Notes: generated by a model from the sequence alone, not told the origin. Positions 1 through 13,790 are shown, counted from the stretch's first letter. The stretch: DNA of 64,000 nt from Lama glama (GCA_028534125.1 CM052816.1:40240001-40304000); one strand, 5' to 3'. Translations and numbers: made by a program.

Positions 1-1619
1 TCAGGTAGGCAAAAGGAAGCTCTGTGCATCAGTTATGTGCTACACGTACGTCAGGCATTCCATACAGATTTGGGGAAAGCGCAAAATCCCCAGGTGGCCT
101 GGCTTTTCTTCCATAACTAATTCTTTTCAGGATATAAAGGTAGAGGTTTCTACAAAGACATGGTCTGGAGACTGTCCTAGCTTAACACTCTGGCTATATT
201 TATTGTCCACTGGCTTTTCTTCTTGGTAGTTGTGTAATATGAGCACCTGCTTGTTATCAGACAGACTGTAGGTTGAGTCATGGTGACAGAGTGATGAACA
301 GCACACATACAGAATGTCTCTACTCCCATGGAATTTAGAGTCTTAGTCTCTAGTGGGACAGTATCAGAATTCTTCAAGTCTTAATTGATTAGAAAATGGT
401 ACACATGAAGAGAAATAGAAAAGATTTATGCCCCTCACCCTTTTGTTTGTGGTTAATATGTACCCTAATAGATATTAACGTGGTCTTTGAGGACCATGAG
501 GAACAAGTAGACTATGATTATCTTTGTTTGATTTTGTTCATATCAGTGAATCATGATCACAAGAATAAAGCCTTTCAATAAAGATGCTCAACTGAATGAA
601 ATGTAGCCATCTTGCCTGCAGGGTCTCATTAGTATGCACAATTGTACTGAAAGAAACCGTTGAGTATATCGGAGCACACGTTCTCTGTCACAATGAAATG
701 CGGCTCTGATGACATGGAACTGTGTTTGAATCATGGTCTGTAATGTGAAAACATCACCGAAATTTACCTAAGACCCCTCATGTGATCAACATTATTAGTT
801 TAATGAACCTTGACCCACCAGAGCAACTGTCCTCATGCAGTAGAGAGAACTTGTTTAACTCTCTGGCAGTTCCATTGGGTTTTGCATTAATTAGTCAACA
901 TCCATATAATTACATATTCCCTAATTGATTCTGACAAAACATTCACACAGGTGTAGGCAGAATATTGTCTTTGGAACTTCAAAAATCATTAGACACATCT
1001 TTAAAAAAAATGACTTCTTAAAGTCAAATCACCTGTTTCCTTGAAAATAAAGGTGATGTCATATTGACTAACCCAGATGCCCAGAAAAACTATACTGAGA
1101 TCAAGTTAATACAAAGTTAAGTTTTAAATTGCAAATCTACTGGAGAAAAAGATTTGATCCTATATTTTTACATGATCTGAGTATCTGTGAACCAAAGACT
1201 ATGTATATGTACAGTAAATAAATATATGTACTGACTACTAGGTCAGACTGAAGAGTGTATTGTTTTATTATAGATTTATTCATTTATTTTTTCTAGCCCT
1301 GAGGAGTACCTACTTTGGTGGTGGAGAGTGTAACTTCTGGTTTTTGCTTATGTACACCTGGTAGGCTTGAGCAGAGTGAAAATTAAATAACAATATATTG
1401 TCAAAGCAAAGTGAGACTGTACATAGTGGGGTCACTGGTTGTCTCATAAAGAAAAGCAATATAGAGTAATAAAGAACTTGAATACATGACATGACAAAGG
1501 GAGTTACTTTGTTACTCAGTTCTCTGTTCTCACATATGTAACTTTAAAGGACTGAATTCGATGTTTTCTGTAGTTTGAAGAAAGCTCATCACTTTATAAT
1601 TCTGTGAATAAATAATATC

Positions 1620-2335
1620 AAACACCAATCTGGAGATTTTATCTAATATGATTACACAAGAAAAAGAAATAAGATATGTGAATATCAGAAGAAAAAATCA
1701 AAAGAAATATTGTCAGACAATATGTTTGCATAAGTAGAAAATCAAGAAAAAAGATAGATAACATGTATATATAATAAGCCCATAATGTAAGTAAACAAAT
1801 CAGAGTTTTCCATATGTTTGCAGTGACAAACTTAAAATATAGTAGAAATAATAAACCTGTTTTTCCAAAACAGAATATATAAAATAAAATGTGACAATGA
1901 ATATATATATGTTCATGTATAACTGAAAACGGTGCTCTACACTGGAATTTGACGCAACATTGTAAAATGATTATAAATCAATAAAAGTATTAAAAAATAA
2001 CACATTTAACAAGAACTATGCAAATCTATATATGAAGAAATTTGTAAAATGTTGCAGAAGGGTGTAAAGACCGAAATAAATGTGAAGTCATATATTATTT
2101 CTGAGTGGGAAAACCTAAGATCACAAAGATATTAATTCTCAAAATAATCTGTGAACTTAATATCATCTAACGTAAGTCTAATAAAAATCCAAGAACATTT
2201 GGAAAAGAATAATAAGGTGTGATATGCCATGCTAGGAACCAAAACGTACTCTAGAGCTATAATAATTAAATGGTAGGCTACCAGCTCAGGAATGGAGAGA
2301 AAGTTAAAGGAAACAGAATAGAGTCCAAAAATAAG
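1620..2335 (+). mobile_element. Old L1M-type LINE-1 ORF2 fragment, interrupted by a young L1 3' end
   Basis: Degraded similarity to L1 ORF2 3' DNA (aaataaatgtgaagtcatat...gggaaaacctaagatcacaaagatattaattctc, ggaaacagaatagagtcc); no open frame; boundaries approximate. Confidence 0.6.
1886..1998 (+). mobile_element. Young camelid-type L1, 3' end only (~110 bp)
   Basis: aatgtgacaatgaatatatatatgttcatgtataactgaaa...ctggaatttgacgcaacattgtaaaatgattataaatcaataaaa plus A-rich tail; homologous to the copies at 13791, 40503 and 57073. Confidence 0.9.
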
Positions 2336-3899
2336 CTTTCAGTTAATACCCAGAATTTTGAAAAGTTGTTCTAACAATTTTTGCCTGTTTCCCCATTACT
2401 TTTATAGAAGAGATAATTTTCAGAGTTTCTTACATCACCATTTTCATAGACATAACTCCTTCCATCCAATTCAAAATCAGTCTTATGTGGACGGAGCTAA
2501 GGAAATCAACAGAGCAGTGATTTAAAAGTTTGAAATGACATATATGCTCTAAAAAGTACTCATGCATTTAGTTAAAACTTGGGTATCTTTTTGTCTAAAT
2601 GTTTTTTGGATTCCTTGCCGTTTTCTGTATTTCAACTTTAACTTCTCTTGCTTAGGGTCCTTATAAAGTATTCACAAAAATATTTATTCTACCTTAAATT
2701 GCTTCTTTGATGGCTTAATATAATACTGGATATGAAACTCACTGGAAAATGAACATGTAATATAAAATTGATGTTATTAACAGACCTCAAAGTTTTTTCT
2801 GATGGACCTAAGTATTAAATATCAAATAGCACTCTTCTGAAGTAGGACCATGATGCCTAAATCTCAAGCCAAAAAACAATTCACTTCAGCTGTATCTTAA
2901 TGGTAGTTAATTCAGAGTAGATGCTTTAGATTCATTTATCATAAAACTAATGTCTGTGAAAGACTGTCTTAGCAACTGAGAAAAGAAATAGATAGGAGGG
3001 GAAAGAGATCTATAATATCCTCTTAAATCTTTATAATCATTCAGATACTTATTATTTAATATCATAAAAGAGAATTACATGAAAGATGTCAAGTACCTTT
3101 TAAATTCTGTTTTATAGGAGAGCAAGATAGAGGGGGAAAGAGAGAGAAACAAATTCTTGGAAAATACCTAAATATATTTTGGGGGATCAAATATTGCAAT
3201 TATGTTATCATGACCTAATTAGTAACTTTTACTTTGCAATATTTAAACAGTGTTTTATGAAAAATACCTAGAATTTTTTACAACTTTTTTCTGTCATAAA
3301 AATAATCTAAGAAATTGTGAAACAGTAACTCTAACATTAAAGTCACCAAGAAAATTGACTATAATAGTTCTGAGGATATCATTAGAAGCTATTGAGTAAT
3401 TTTTAAAGTTTGTAATTACCCGTCCATATAATATGTTCAAATGCAATGACATGAAATCTAATGTTATATCTGTAAAATAAAGGTAAACCAAATACAGCTA
3501 ATCCGTTGAATTTGGGCACCTTAATAATCAGTATAAATTGCTCAATATGACAGCAATTTGATTAAAAATCTGGAAAGAAAGGAATTGACCATATATGCAT
3601 GACTAATGGCTATCCATTTTAGTAAGGAAGAAACTGATAATTTTAATTTGCTTCTTAATTAAAATAAATTACATCTATGATTTTCCTCAATGTGTCTTAT
3701 AATCATTTAGGAGTGTTATATGCTATACCAAAATTGAGGAAGGTAAAATTTCTAAATAGGGTATGGCGCACTGGAGGTGACAAAAACAGGCTCAAAAATC
3801 CAATAATGAATTGAGACCCAGGGTAAATTAGAGAACTTTAGTTTATAGAACACTCACTCAAATAACAGAATATTAAAATTTTATTTCAGTATTTAAACA

Positions 3900-4090
3900 G
3901 GGAGTGAAGAGAGTGCAGGCAACCTGGAATGAAAGTCCAAAGGTCCGTATCCCAGCCTTAATCTTTACCAGTGGTTGTGTAATTTGGGGAACATCGTTTA
4001 ACCCCTCTGTAAAATTATTGAGCTCAACAGTATATTATGATAGTGAAGATTTAAACAAAAGAGTTGTAGAGATTTTGAAGTTTTATTCAG
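3900..4090 (+). mobile_element. MIR SINE fragment
   Basis: MIR core-like: atcccagcc...ttaccagtggttgtgtaatttggggaacatcgtttaacccctctgtaaaat. Confidence 0.6.
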
Positions 4091-4599
4091 CATTGCCTTA
4101 TCATTTAAAGCCTCTGCCAGGTCTGAGGTCTCTGGCATAAAGCTTCAAGCATGACAACTATAATTAAGCAAGGTATTTAATGTGAAACATTTTAAAAAGT
4201 TGTGAAGTAAAAAAAGGAATGCCTTCTTTTAGAATGTATCTTCTTGCCCTTACCCTCAATCATATCAAATATAACTTCCCTGTCAACTGAGCAATATATT
4301 CTTCCTGTAGAACCACACGGAGAATTTAAGAAGACAACCACATAGACAGATTTCATGAACTGATCTGACTAAAACTTCTGGTTCAGTTTCTTTTTAGATG
4401 GTGTATTTCCTTTGGTTTGCATGGATGTCGATTTCTAACAAGACGTTTGTAATGAGAGACTCAGTTGGCTTCCCAGGGTTAGGATGTAGGATCATCTAAG
4501 GGACTTCATGCCTCTTTCTCTTCAAGAGCCAAAACCCCTTGTGTGGGCTAACTTAGACTGGCAGGGAAGAGCTGGTATAAACTCTGGGTTCGGTAGCAT

Positions 4600-4743
4600 C
4601 GAGCATTACAGCTTGAAATCAGCCATAGTGGGAATGTTAGCACCATGGAAACCAGCAAACACTAGTGGTAAAAGCTTTTGGGCAGGAGAGAGGGATCTGG
4701 CTAGGGGAAAGCCCAGTTGTTACAAATTTACTAGCCTACCATT
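4600..4743. mobile_element. MER63-like hAT (Blackjack) DNA transposon end
   Basis: gcttgaaatcagccatagtgggaatgttagcaccatggaaaccagcaaacacta...agttgttacaaatttactagcctaccatt resembles the recalled MER63 terminus. Confidence 0.65.
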
Positions 4744-6835
4744 AGCCAAACCTGTGTGAACTCTGGTCACAAGGGAAAATGACCCAATGTTAGACACGTT
4801 GAGGAAGAAAGAGACAGTTTTCCTGTGTTTGAAACTAAAATAGCCGACCAAAGAGCCTAAAGGTAAGTTGACTCTCTAACTGCTAAGTTCTCAAAAGGAA
4901 GCATTCCTTATTCTACCTCTGAAGCTATGTGACAAGAGAGGGGACTCTTAATAGACTGAAGTCAGAGAAAGAAACAGAGAGACAGATTAAATGCTGAGGT
5001 CCATTAAGTGTTCTTGCCCTTGAGGATTCCAAATCCATGAGAGGCACTGAGGTTAGTAAATAAAGTCGACATTTTCCTTTTTCCTCTCCCTCCCCCTCCC
5101 CCAGGTGAACACAGGGTAACTCAGCAGTTTTCGTGCCTCTTTGGCTTTGTCCTAAGGATTTTAATTGGCACCATATGGGGATTCAGGGCAAGGTGAGGCA
5201 CAAATCAAAGAGATAGCAACTAATTGATTTTAGTTAGTTTTTAAATTGATTATTAATTCCATAACTTAATAATTATTTTTGAAGGACTTTTTAACCTGCC
5301 ATAGGGCTTATCATTTGCAGTAACTACAATTCTAATATTCTTTATTTTTTAGCTCTGTTAAAATAGTCCCCATCCTCCAAGTATATGAATAATAACTTTT
5401 TTTTTAACTAGAAGGCTGAAGGAACATCTTATGTCAGTGATGCTGATGTGTAATGGAAAGATTCAAAATAACAAAAAGACCAGATAGTAGATATTTTTAT
5501 TTACAATTTTCATTCCCCCCATGAACTGAGTTAAAATTAAAATAACTCAGAAAATCGTTTTAACTAAAGTTGCATAAAACAGGTTTTTAAATCTGTTCTC
5601 TTTTGGTTATTTTCTGTATCTGGTAGCCAAATGAAAGGTATAGTTGAATGTACCTTTTAGAAAGATAGGTGAAATGAGACCTCACAGTCTCACAGCGGGT
5701 AAGAAAATTAATCCAGCTCTCTGATTCTTACATCTGAGGGATATGAGATGGCTGTGAAATGGAACTGGGTAAAAAATTAGTAAACTAAAACAATGCAAGA
5801 GGAGACAGGAATGAATCAATTAATAATCTTACTCATTAATAATCTTGTACTAGCCATATTCATTGACTCAAAAGGGAAGAAATGTGAAAAAGTTATCCTG
5901 TTAGGTCTCACTGTAGTATGCGCAAAAGAGGTGCATCGAACACCTGCATCCTTGTAAACGTTACCTTGAAAGTGTCATTATTCTGAGTGTCTGATACAGA
6001 ATTCAAATTTGATAGGTCTTGAAACAAGTATGAATATTTTTTTATTCTCTACTATTAAAACTTTGGGAGATGTAATTTATTAAATTTCTTAAAGCCATTT
6101 GACTCTATATATAATTCTAAAAGGGATGTATTTCACAGTTAGGTCTCTGCTTGCAGCAGCTCCTACGTTCTCCTTTGGGGTTTTGGTGATTGACTTTTAT
6201 AGGTTTTATTATAGTTATACTTAATGGGCTTTAGAGGTCTGAGTTCTAAGACTGTTTGGTACTTTTAGAAGAACGACTAAAGAGAAAGACTGTTTATGTA
6301 TGCAGATAGCATTCAGGGGAGCTGAGCAGGAGATGCAATGTTTCCTGGAAGGTACAACAGCTGGTCCAGAGAATGCTATAAGTGCACCAAGATGCTATGG
6401 AGTGAGAGTTCAGGTGACTTTGAGAAAACAATTTTATTTTGAAACCCAGAAGAACAGAGAGTGCAGGCAGAAAATGTTGTGTTTCCTGAGACAACAACTG
6501 AATCCAAGGAAATAGCATCAGTTCTGGAGGAAAAGTGTAATTGTGATCTAACTAAAAAGGACACATGGCAGAAACGGGTCTATAGAAGAGTTGGAGAAGT
6601 GGCCACAGGCTGGGAATACCTGATTGAAACTGAGCAGTGCTTTAGCTCAAGTCAAGCTGACCTGAGAGGATTTGCATGCTCATATGTCACTGGTTATCAC
6701 TGTGTTTGTAGCCCAGGATTCTGTGGCACTGTAGTAGTTTGTTCACCGTTGAGGCTGACTGTGTGTGAAGTGTGGCAGTAAGTGTTGCGGGGTGAAAGAC
6801 AATGAAAAAACAGAAACCTCAGAAAGTTATGAATT

Positions 6836-8058
6836 CAGGGGGTGGAAGGAGATTTACCTTGAAGCTGCAGAAGTTCAGATTCGGAATCCTCACTTGCACC
6901 AACCCTGATGTGTGGGCTGCCTCTGAGTGACTGCAGGCATTATGGAGATGCAATTACGATCAATTTAATTTGGGTTTAGTAAGATGTATGTGTCTGTGCT
7001 TTGCAGTCATTTCCATGTACATAGTTAAGTTATTGCTCATCCCAGTGTCAAAATGACTCCTAGAATATTCTACCATGACTGTGCCAATTTCTTTGTGTCC
7101 TGAGAGGAAGGTGCTGAGCCCAATATAAAACTCATAACCTTCACTAAAAGCAATATTTGAATTCTCATTGATGAATGAACATCTTCCTTACAAACAGCAT
7201 TTACTCTTAATCACTATCCAAGACACCCAGAGATACCTAAAATTTTAGAGTCCATATATAATAGAAACTTGATAGAGATTTGTCCACATTTTAAAATAAT
7301 TTTCTGAATTAAAAATATATACATAGATATGTATATATGTAGAAAAGCTATAATGTTGAACAGCTTTTCTAAAGGTAAAGCTAAATTATCCTTCTCTTTT
7401 CTCTAAGGTAAATAATATTATAAATAGAGAGATTCAAAAAGTGTGCAACCAAAAAATAAACATCGTATTATGAAAGTCAGTCAGTTAGTTAATAAAAAGT
7501 ATACTAGTTTCCACCCGAACTTTGTGTTATTGTGGGTTGTAATGTGCATTGAGGTACAATCCCAAATCCCTCTTTCAAAACAGAAGCCCTCGTTTTCCCA
7601 GCTGCTGAGAGCAGCAGTTGCTGTGGGCTTACAGTTGCAGCACCTTCCAGGAACTGCCCTGACTGAAGGGAGCTGCCCTACCCGAGATTATGCCCCTTCT
7701 GGGGCAGCCCACGTCCCAAATCACGTGACTAGGAGGACTGCGGGCCGCTGCGCCTTTCTTGTGGATGCACCGCATTTCAGACGCTCTTACGAACCCTGCT
7801 GCCCTCCCCCCTCATAGGAGTTGTTCCTTGGCACCTCCTCCCCCTACAAATTTTCCTACCCAATCCATTTCAAAGTAATTTCATTTAAAACAGTGATGTA
7901 TTTCGTTTTAGTTCATAATTTAAAATTTTTTCTTTCTCATTCTAAGTAAACATTAAATATTTTACTTAATGTTGTAGTCATGATTTTGTATCCTTGTTCT
8001 TAAAAGAAGGTTCTCACAATTCTCTAGGTTTCAGGGCCCACAAAACCTGGATCTGGTC
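6836..8058. mobile_element. hAT-Tip100 (Zaphod/MER115-like) DNA transposon remnant, split by an LTR
   Basis: Left end caggggg...gatttaccttgaagctgcagaag...cctcacttgcac; right end aggtttcagggcccacaaaacctggatctg; AT-rich interior. Confidence 0.55.
7538..7870 (+). mobile_element. LTR16A-like ERVL solo LTR
   Basis: Starts tgtaa; cccagctgctgagag...ccaggaactgccctgactgaagggagctgccctacccgagattatgccccttctggggcagcccacgtcc matches the recalled LTR16A consensus. Confidence 0.75.
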
Positions 8059-8359
8059 TCTCTCTCTTTGAAGGAGAAATCTCCCTCACAGACCCCTCCC
8101 CCAGTTGGTGCCCCATCTGGTGGCAGGAGAAACTAATCCAATGGTAGCAGAGACTAGTCGGAATGCTCCCTGCATGGAGAAGTCTGCGGTCATAACGCGT
8201 TTGTGGTGATGTTTCTTCTGACTGCATTGCAGCTGGGTCATATTACCAGGTTCCACGTCCCATAAATTTAACATTGTTCAAAAATATTTTCTAATTTCCA
8301 TAGTCAAGTATATCCAATCATCCCCCAAATATCTGTGTAGCTTGTTTTACTTCCCCTTC

Positions 8360-8810
8360 AGGCAAACAAGATCATACATTTTGCCTGATTGTCATGTCTC
8401 TTTATTCCTTTTTAAGGTATGGGAGTCCTCCCACTTTTATTTCTTTCATGGCTTTCTTTCATTGATATTTTTGAAAAGTTTAGGCCAATCACATTGTAGA
8501 ATATTCCACATTCTAGATTTGTCTGATTGTTTAGGACAATTGTAGGATATTTAACAATCTGTATTTGATTGTTTTCTCATGTTTAAATTCAATTTTAAAC
8601 CCTTTGGTAAGGATACTAAATAGATGATGATAGGAATTTTCCATAGCACCATGTCACTGCAGACATTCAGTCAGTTTGCTGATTGGTCTCATTGTTTGTG
8701 AGACAATGTATAATTGGATCACTGTTATCTGCCCAATGTTATCAGAGTTTTCCCCTTTCTGATTGATAGATGATCTGGGTGGTGATAATCTGAAACCATG
8801 TGACTATCCT
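8360..8810 (-). mobile_element. Old L1MC/L1ME 3' region
   Basis: attgatatttttgaaaagtttaggccaatcacattgtagaatattccacattctagatttgtctgattgttt is typical antisense L1MC/ME. Confidence 0.65.
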
Positions 8811-10670
8811 TGCACTGATTTTTGTGCTCACAAGTTCTTGGCAAATTCTTAACTACTTATTCAGTAAGCTAGATAGGAAAGAATATGAGTGTAAGAAATC
8901 CAAATTACAAAGTGGAACCATGCATGGTATCCTGTGATAAAATGGATGAAGCTCTGGTGGCTCCTGTCTTGGCAGTGCTGGGATTTGCTGATTGAGTGTG
9001 CAGCTTTCTGTGTCAGGGTCAGCCGTGGCTGAGGAGCTGTACCCTGTGATCCATCGAACACTGGCCATTATACCCAGTGTTTTAACCTCAGTGGATTGTT
9101 AGTTCCAGGTTTGTGCATTGCTCTTAGACTGAATCTGCTCCTTTCACTTAATTGTGTGCGTCCACACTTTCTGGGAAATTCTCTATGCTTACTGAATTCC
9201 TGGTGACAGTGTCACAGCATGTTTCCAAAGTGTACCAGCTGCCCAAGGGCTGTCATGACAGCTGGGGTCACATTTGCCTGAATCATGCATCACATTCCAC
9301 TTGTCTGGTTTGACAGTCTCCCTGGTGAAGAAAAGATTGATTGATGATTGACTGATTAATTGATTGATTGATTGATATTAATTAGAAGAAGTTTATATTG
9401 GACATGAATTCCCAGGGGACTCCCTCTACCAGGTGGCGGCAGCTACCTTAGATGCTACTGCTTCGCAACAGGAGAACAGTCATTTGTACTGGGGACCTAT
9501 GACTGTCCCTGTCCTTTCTCATTCTGCTGCAAGTGCTTCTGCTGCTATAACTGTTTTTAGCTCTCGATGGGTAATGGTTCTGAAATTATAATAGATAAAT
9601 GTCTCCTTAAGTTTTGTTTTCCAAGGGTTGATTCTTTATCAGTGGTTTAGGATCCCTTTCCAAAAGATCAGCATCCGAGACTATTTCTGGAGTGTATTTT
9701 AAGCCAAAAGCTCATTTCCTACTGTTCCGTGTCAATGTGCCAGCAAAACATTATAGATACGATTCAATGTTTCACTCTTGACATGAAACATTCAGCCTTT
9801 AGTTGGTCTGATGTGCCGACGAGGCAATACTTAAGAGCCACCCACTTAACATGAGAAAACATGGCTTTTTCTTCTTCAGAAAACTTAGGGGTTTCATTGA
9901 TAGCAATTTCAGAACAACTTTGTTATCAATTAGTAGGCAATTAGTGGATAACAAAATATTTCCTTTCCCCCTGTAATCCTGTCAGCATTTCTACACAGGA
10001 GCAATGTGGAGATTAGTATAAAATGATTTCTTATTCAGCAATCGAAAATGTATTCCACAATTTTTTGTAGCAGATATAGCAAAGTATCTTCCCTTCCCCC
10101 CAACTACTCCTTCCTCATCCCTTAATCTTCTTACCTTGATATATTAATATCTTTCGGGAAAAGGCAGGAGAGAGCTGTTAATATATTTAGACTACTTTCC
10201 AGGATTTCTAAAAGTGAAGTGATCAACAGATTCCCACACATATCCTCTGACTCACTTTCATTCACATGTGCAGTTGTGTTTCCCAGGAAGACCACGTAAC
10301 ACATTTTCAGCTCGAAAGACAAGCTGAATAGTCATGGCAAATTGGCCATCCAGCCTGGAGGCACACAATGAGGGATAATGGTGTAATCAATCTGCATTAT
10401 CCTTTTGTCATGACACAATAGCCAAGTTGAAAAGTGACCACACAATGGCTCAACATTGCCTGTGTGAGGGACTAATTTACTGTCTTTCTTAGATATTATT
10501 TCCTGGGTTATGAAGAAATAAGGCAAGCCCAAAAGTTCCTCATAAGGAATCAAGTCAATTGTACCAACTCTCTGTTCTTTTTGTCCTTAATATCAACATG
10601 TAAACCCTAGAGGAATTTAAAAAATATATGAATATCTTCTTTTTTATCTGTGTACATTATCCTCAACCAT

Positions 10671-11302
10671 TATATTAGTCAAGATTCTCCAGAGAAACAG
10701 GATCAATAGCAGATATAAATAGATAGATATAATATATACATACACATACACATACAATCACATATATAATATGCATAATATATTCTAAAATATGGACTAT
10801 ATTAGAATATATACACAGAGATTTATGATAAGGATTTCACTCACATGATTACGGAGACTGTCAAGTTCCGTCATCTGCAGGGTAAGTCAGCAAGCTGGAG
10901 ACTTGGTAGGACCAATGATGCAGTTCCAGTCTTGAGTCCAAAGGCCTGAGCCCCAAGAGAGCTGACCATGTAGTTCCATACTGAAGAGCAGGTTCAAGAC
11001 CTTTAGAGAGGCAATGTTGCAGACTGACTATGAAAGCAGGGAGAAGCTGACATCCCAGTTTGAAGGCAGTCAAAAAGAAAGGATTCTCTCTTACTCAATG
11101 AGGGGTCAACCTTTTTTTTGCTGTTGTTCTTTTCAGATTGGATAGATTGTATGTGGCCCACCCTCCTTAGGGACAGAATCTACTTAACCGAGTTTAAATA
11201 TTAACCTCATCCAAAAACCTCACCCTCACAGGAGCACCAGACTGATGTCTGTCCAAACATCTGGACACTCTGTGGCCTAATCAAATTGACTCTTAACACC
11301 AT
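10671..11302 (-). mobile_element. MLT2-family ERVL solo LTR
   Basis: tatattagtcaagattctccagagaaacag, TA/CA microsatellite, gcaagctggagac...gagtccaaaggcctgag...caccctcacag...aaattgac. Confidence 0.85.
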
Positions 11303-13790
11303 CTAGGTAATTAGTCTTTCAAATGTTTATTTTCAAAGCACTCCTGTTATTTTCACCTAGCACATTGCATTTCACTCTCACCACTGAATCTTGTATGGTA
11401 GGTGACTTGCCTCCTTTGGGTGGTGGCAATGCAATTCAGCCATCTCGTATGAAAATAGTCCTGATGGCAAGAGCTATAATTCATACATTTATGTCAGATT
11501 CATCCTATTTATTTTTCCAGAGAGAACTGTGTATTTCAGAGATACGGAAAACCATAGCTCCAGTTGTCTAACCTATACCATCCATTTATATTCCTGAGCA
11601 ATATATTCCCATATATATGCCCATATATCCACTTATATTTCTGAGCAAGGATCTGTCACCATCTAAATGTTTGACAATGCTAGGCAAATTTATTTTTTTT
11701 CTGAGAAAGTCTTTGGAGATAGCCAGGCCCTTCATTTATGTTATAGACAAACAGTTTGAAGTGTGAAGAAATGAAATGTCTTGCTCATGGGTGTACTAAT
11801 GGAAAAACAACGAGTCAAAATTGTCTCTTGGTTCTCAGGCCTGTGGCACCTTTAAGTCTGTTATGCTTTCTCTGTGCTGTCACACATAAGAAAATGTCAG
11901 ATAGAAATGCAATAAAATTTCCCACTCTTCTGGGTAATCCCAAATCACCTTTCCTTCCATATGTGGTGCTTCCCATTAGTCTCATCTAAATCATTGAGGG
12001 AAAATATCAGTAAACTGAGCCAACTTTCCAATAAACAGTCACTGAGTGAATGTAACCACAGATATAATAAATAGAGTGACCAGAGCAGGCAAAATTCTTC
12101 CTCTCACCACGTATAATAAATAGGAGCTTCTATAAAGAATATTTCAAAGTTATATTGCTATTATCTCTAGGAAAGAAATGCAAAATAATCCATAAAAGGG
12201 ATATATTATAACTCCAAATAATAACAATGCCTGCTTGAGCAGTATCTCCTTCCCTTCAGGCATAGTTACACAGGAGCTAGCCCTAATGGAGAAGAAAATA
12301 CAATAATAATAAAAAGTTCAAACTTCGGGGTTGTCAGAGGTCCACTTTATTTCATAGTCAATTTGTTTTAGGCTTAATAGACAAGGGAGAAGGAAATGGA
12401 GAATACAGTGAGGGAAACCATTTTAACCTTCAGGATCCAGTTCACACTATTTTTCTTATATATATATATTTTTTTTCAAAAAACAACAGCTGTGAAGACA
12501 AAGGATAAACAGTCATCTAAGTTAGCAGCGAAGTGCAAGAAGGATTTCCCCTCACTTGAGTTGTCCTTGCTTTCCGCTAAGGACCCGAAGTGCACTCAGT
12601 GTAAGTGGTAGCTTTTCTGCCTGTCATATCTGAGGAGACAGTCACTCTTTCATGTCTGGTGAATGCTGCCTGACAGGCAGATCAAAGTGAAGTGTCAGAG
12701 GAGGGAAGGGGCTGATGGCCAAAGTGTGGGGACAGTGGCTTACACTGTCTGGGTCAGCAGCTGACCTGGCTGGAGGATCAGCATCAAGCAGCCAGGTGCA
12801 GAGAATATCCAGACCAGGAAAGAGGAGAGGAAAAAAAAAGTGAAATGCTTAAAACTCCAGCAGGGTAAACTTGAAATAGTCTGTTATACCATTTTCTTAG
12901 ATTGTTTGCGCATACTTCACTTTGTAAGAATTTCAGTTTCTGGTACAAAGCTACATGTGGTGAGAGCAATATGACCATGAGACTGGAAAAGTACCTTTTA
13001 AAGTTTATTTTAACTCCCAATCAGTATTTTTTTAAAAGATGGTCTGTAAAATGATGCTCAGAGAAATGGTACCTACTCTGATGTTTCAAGAATGACCTTA
13101 TTCTAGCTCGCCTTTGTTTGAGAAATAAGCCTCAATTCAGTTCCATTTTAGAGTGCCTTGGAATTGACCCAATAGTTTTATTCCTCATATAGCGGTCTTG
13201 AGCAGAGGTATAAGAAAGATCATGTTTAAAACTATGACCCAAGGGACTATTCCAAATCCTAAAGGAGTGGATCTTGGCCTCCCTGAGCCTACAATATTAA
13301 AAATAACATAGCAAAAATTATTCTGAGTATATAGAACTACTTGAATGACTCCATACCTCAGTATACCGAGTCCTCAAAGCTCTATAACTGAATCAAAACG
13401 AAGCTAATATTTCAAGGTGAAATTCACCAACATGTAAAGACAACCACTTAATTTTGTACTATACATATTTCATGAAGTGTCAAGCTTTAAAGTATAAAAT
13501 ATGGCTCTGACTTTTAAGGAGTCAGATAGTAAAACAAAGGCATATTCATTTACCCAGAGAGAGAGAGGATGCAAATAGTTGAATCAGAGACCAATGAGAG
13601 TATATAGAATGATTTCTCTATTAAAAAGACATGCATAAACATTGTTAAGCAAAAGAAAATTCTAAAGGCAGGAAAGTCTGCCTGTACTGGAAACTTAAGA
13701 TCACATACTGCTAGTTCAATAGTAAATGAGGAAATGATCTCCTGTATTCAGAATTATATTTACATACAAGCTGAACATCCAGTCAAATCA

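Noticed and set aside
6294..6781. Cluster of overlapping ORFs up to 106 aa
   Set aside because: No recognisable protein, no supporting splice structure; lengths expected by chance
7443..7817. 124-aa ORF
   Set aside because: Spans the hAT/LTR16A junction; repeat-derived noise
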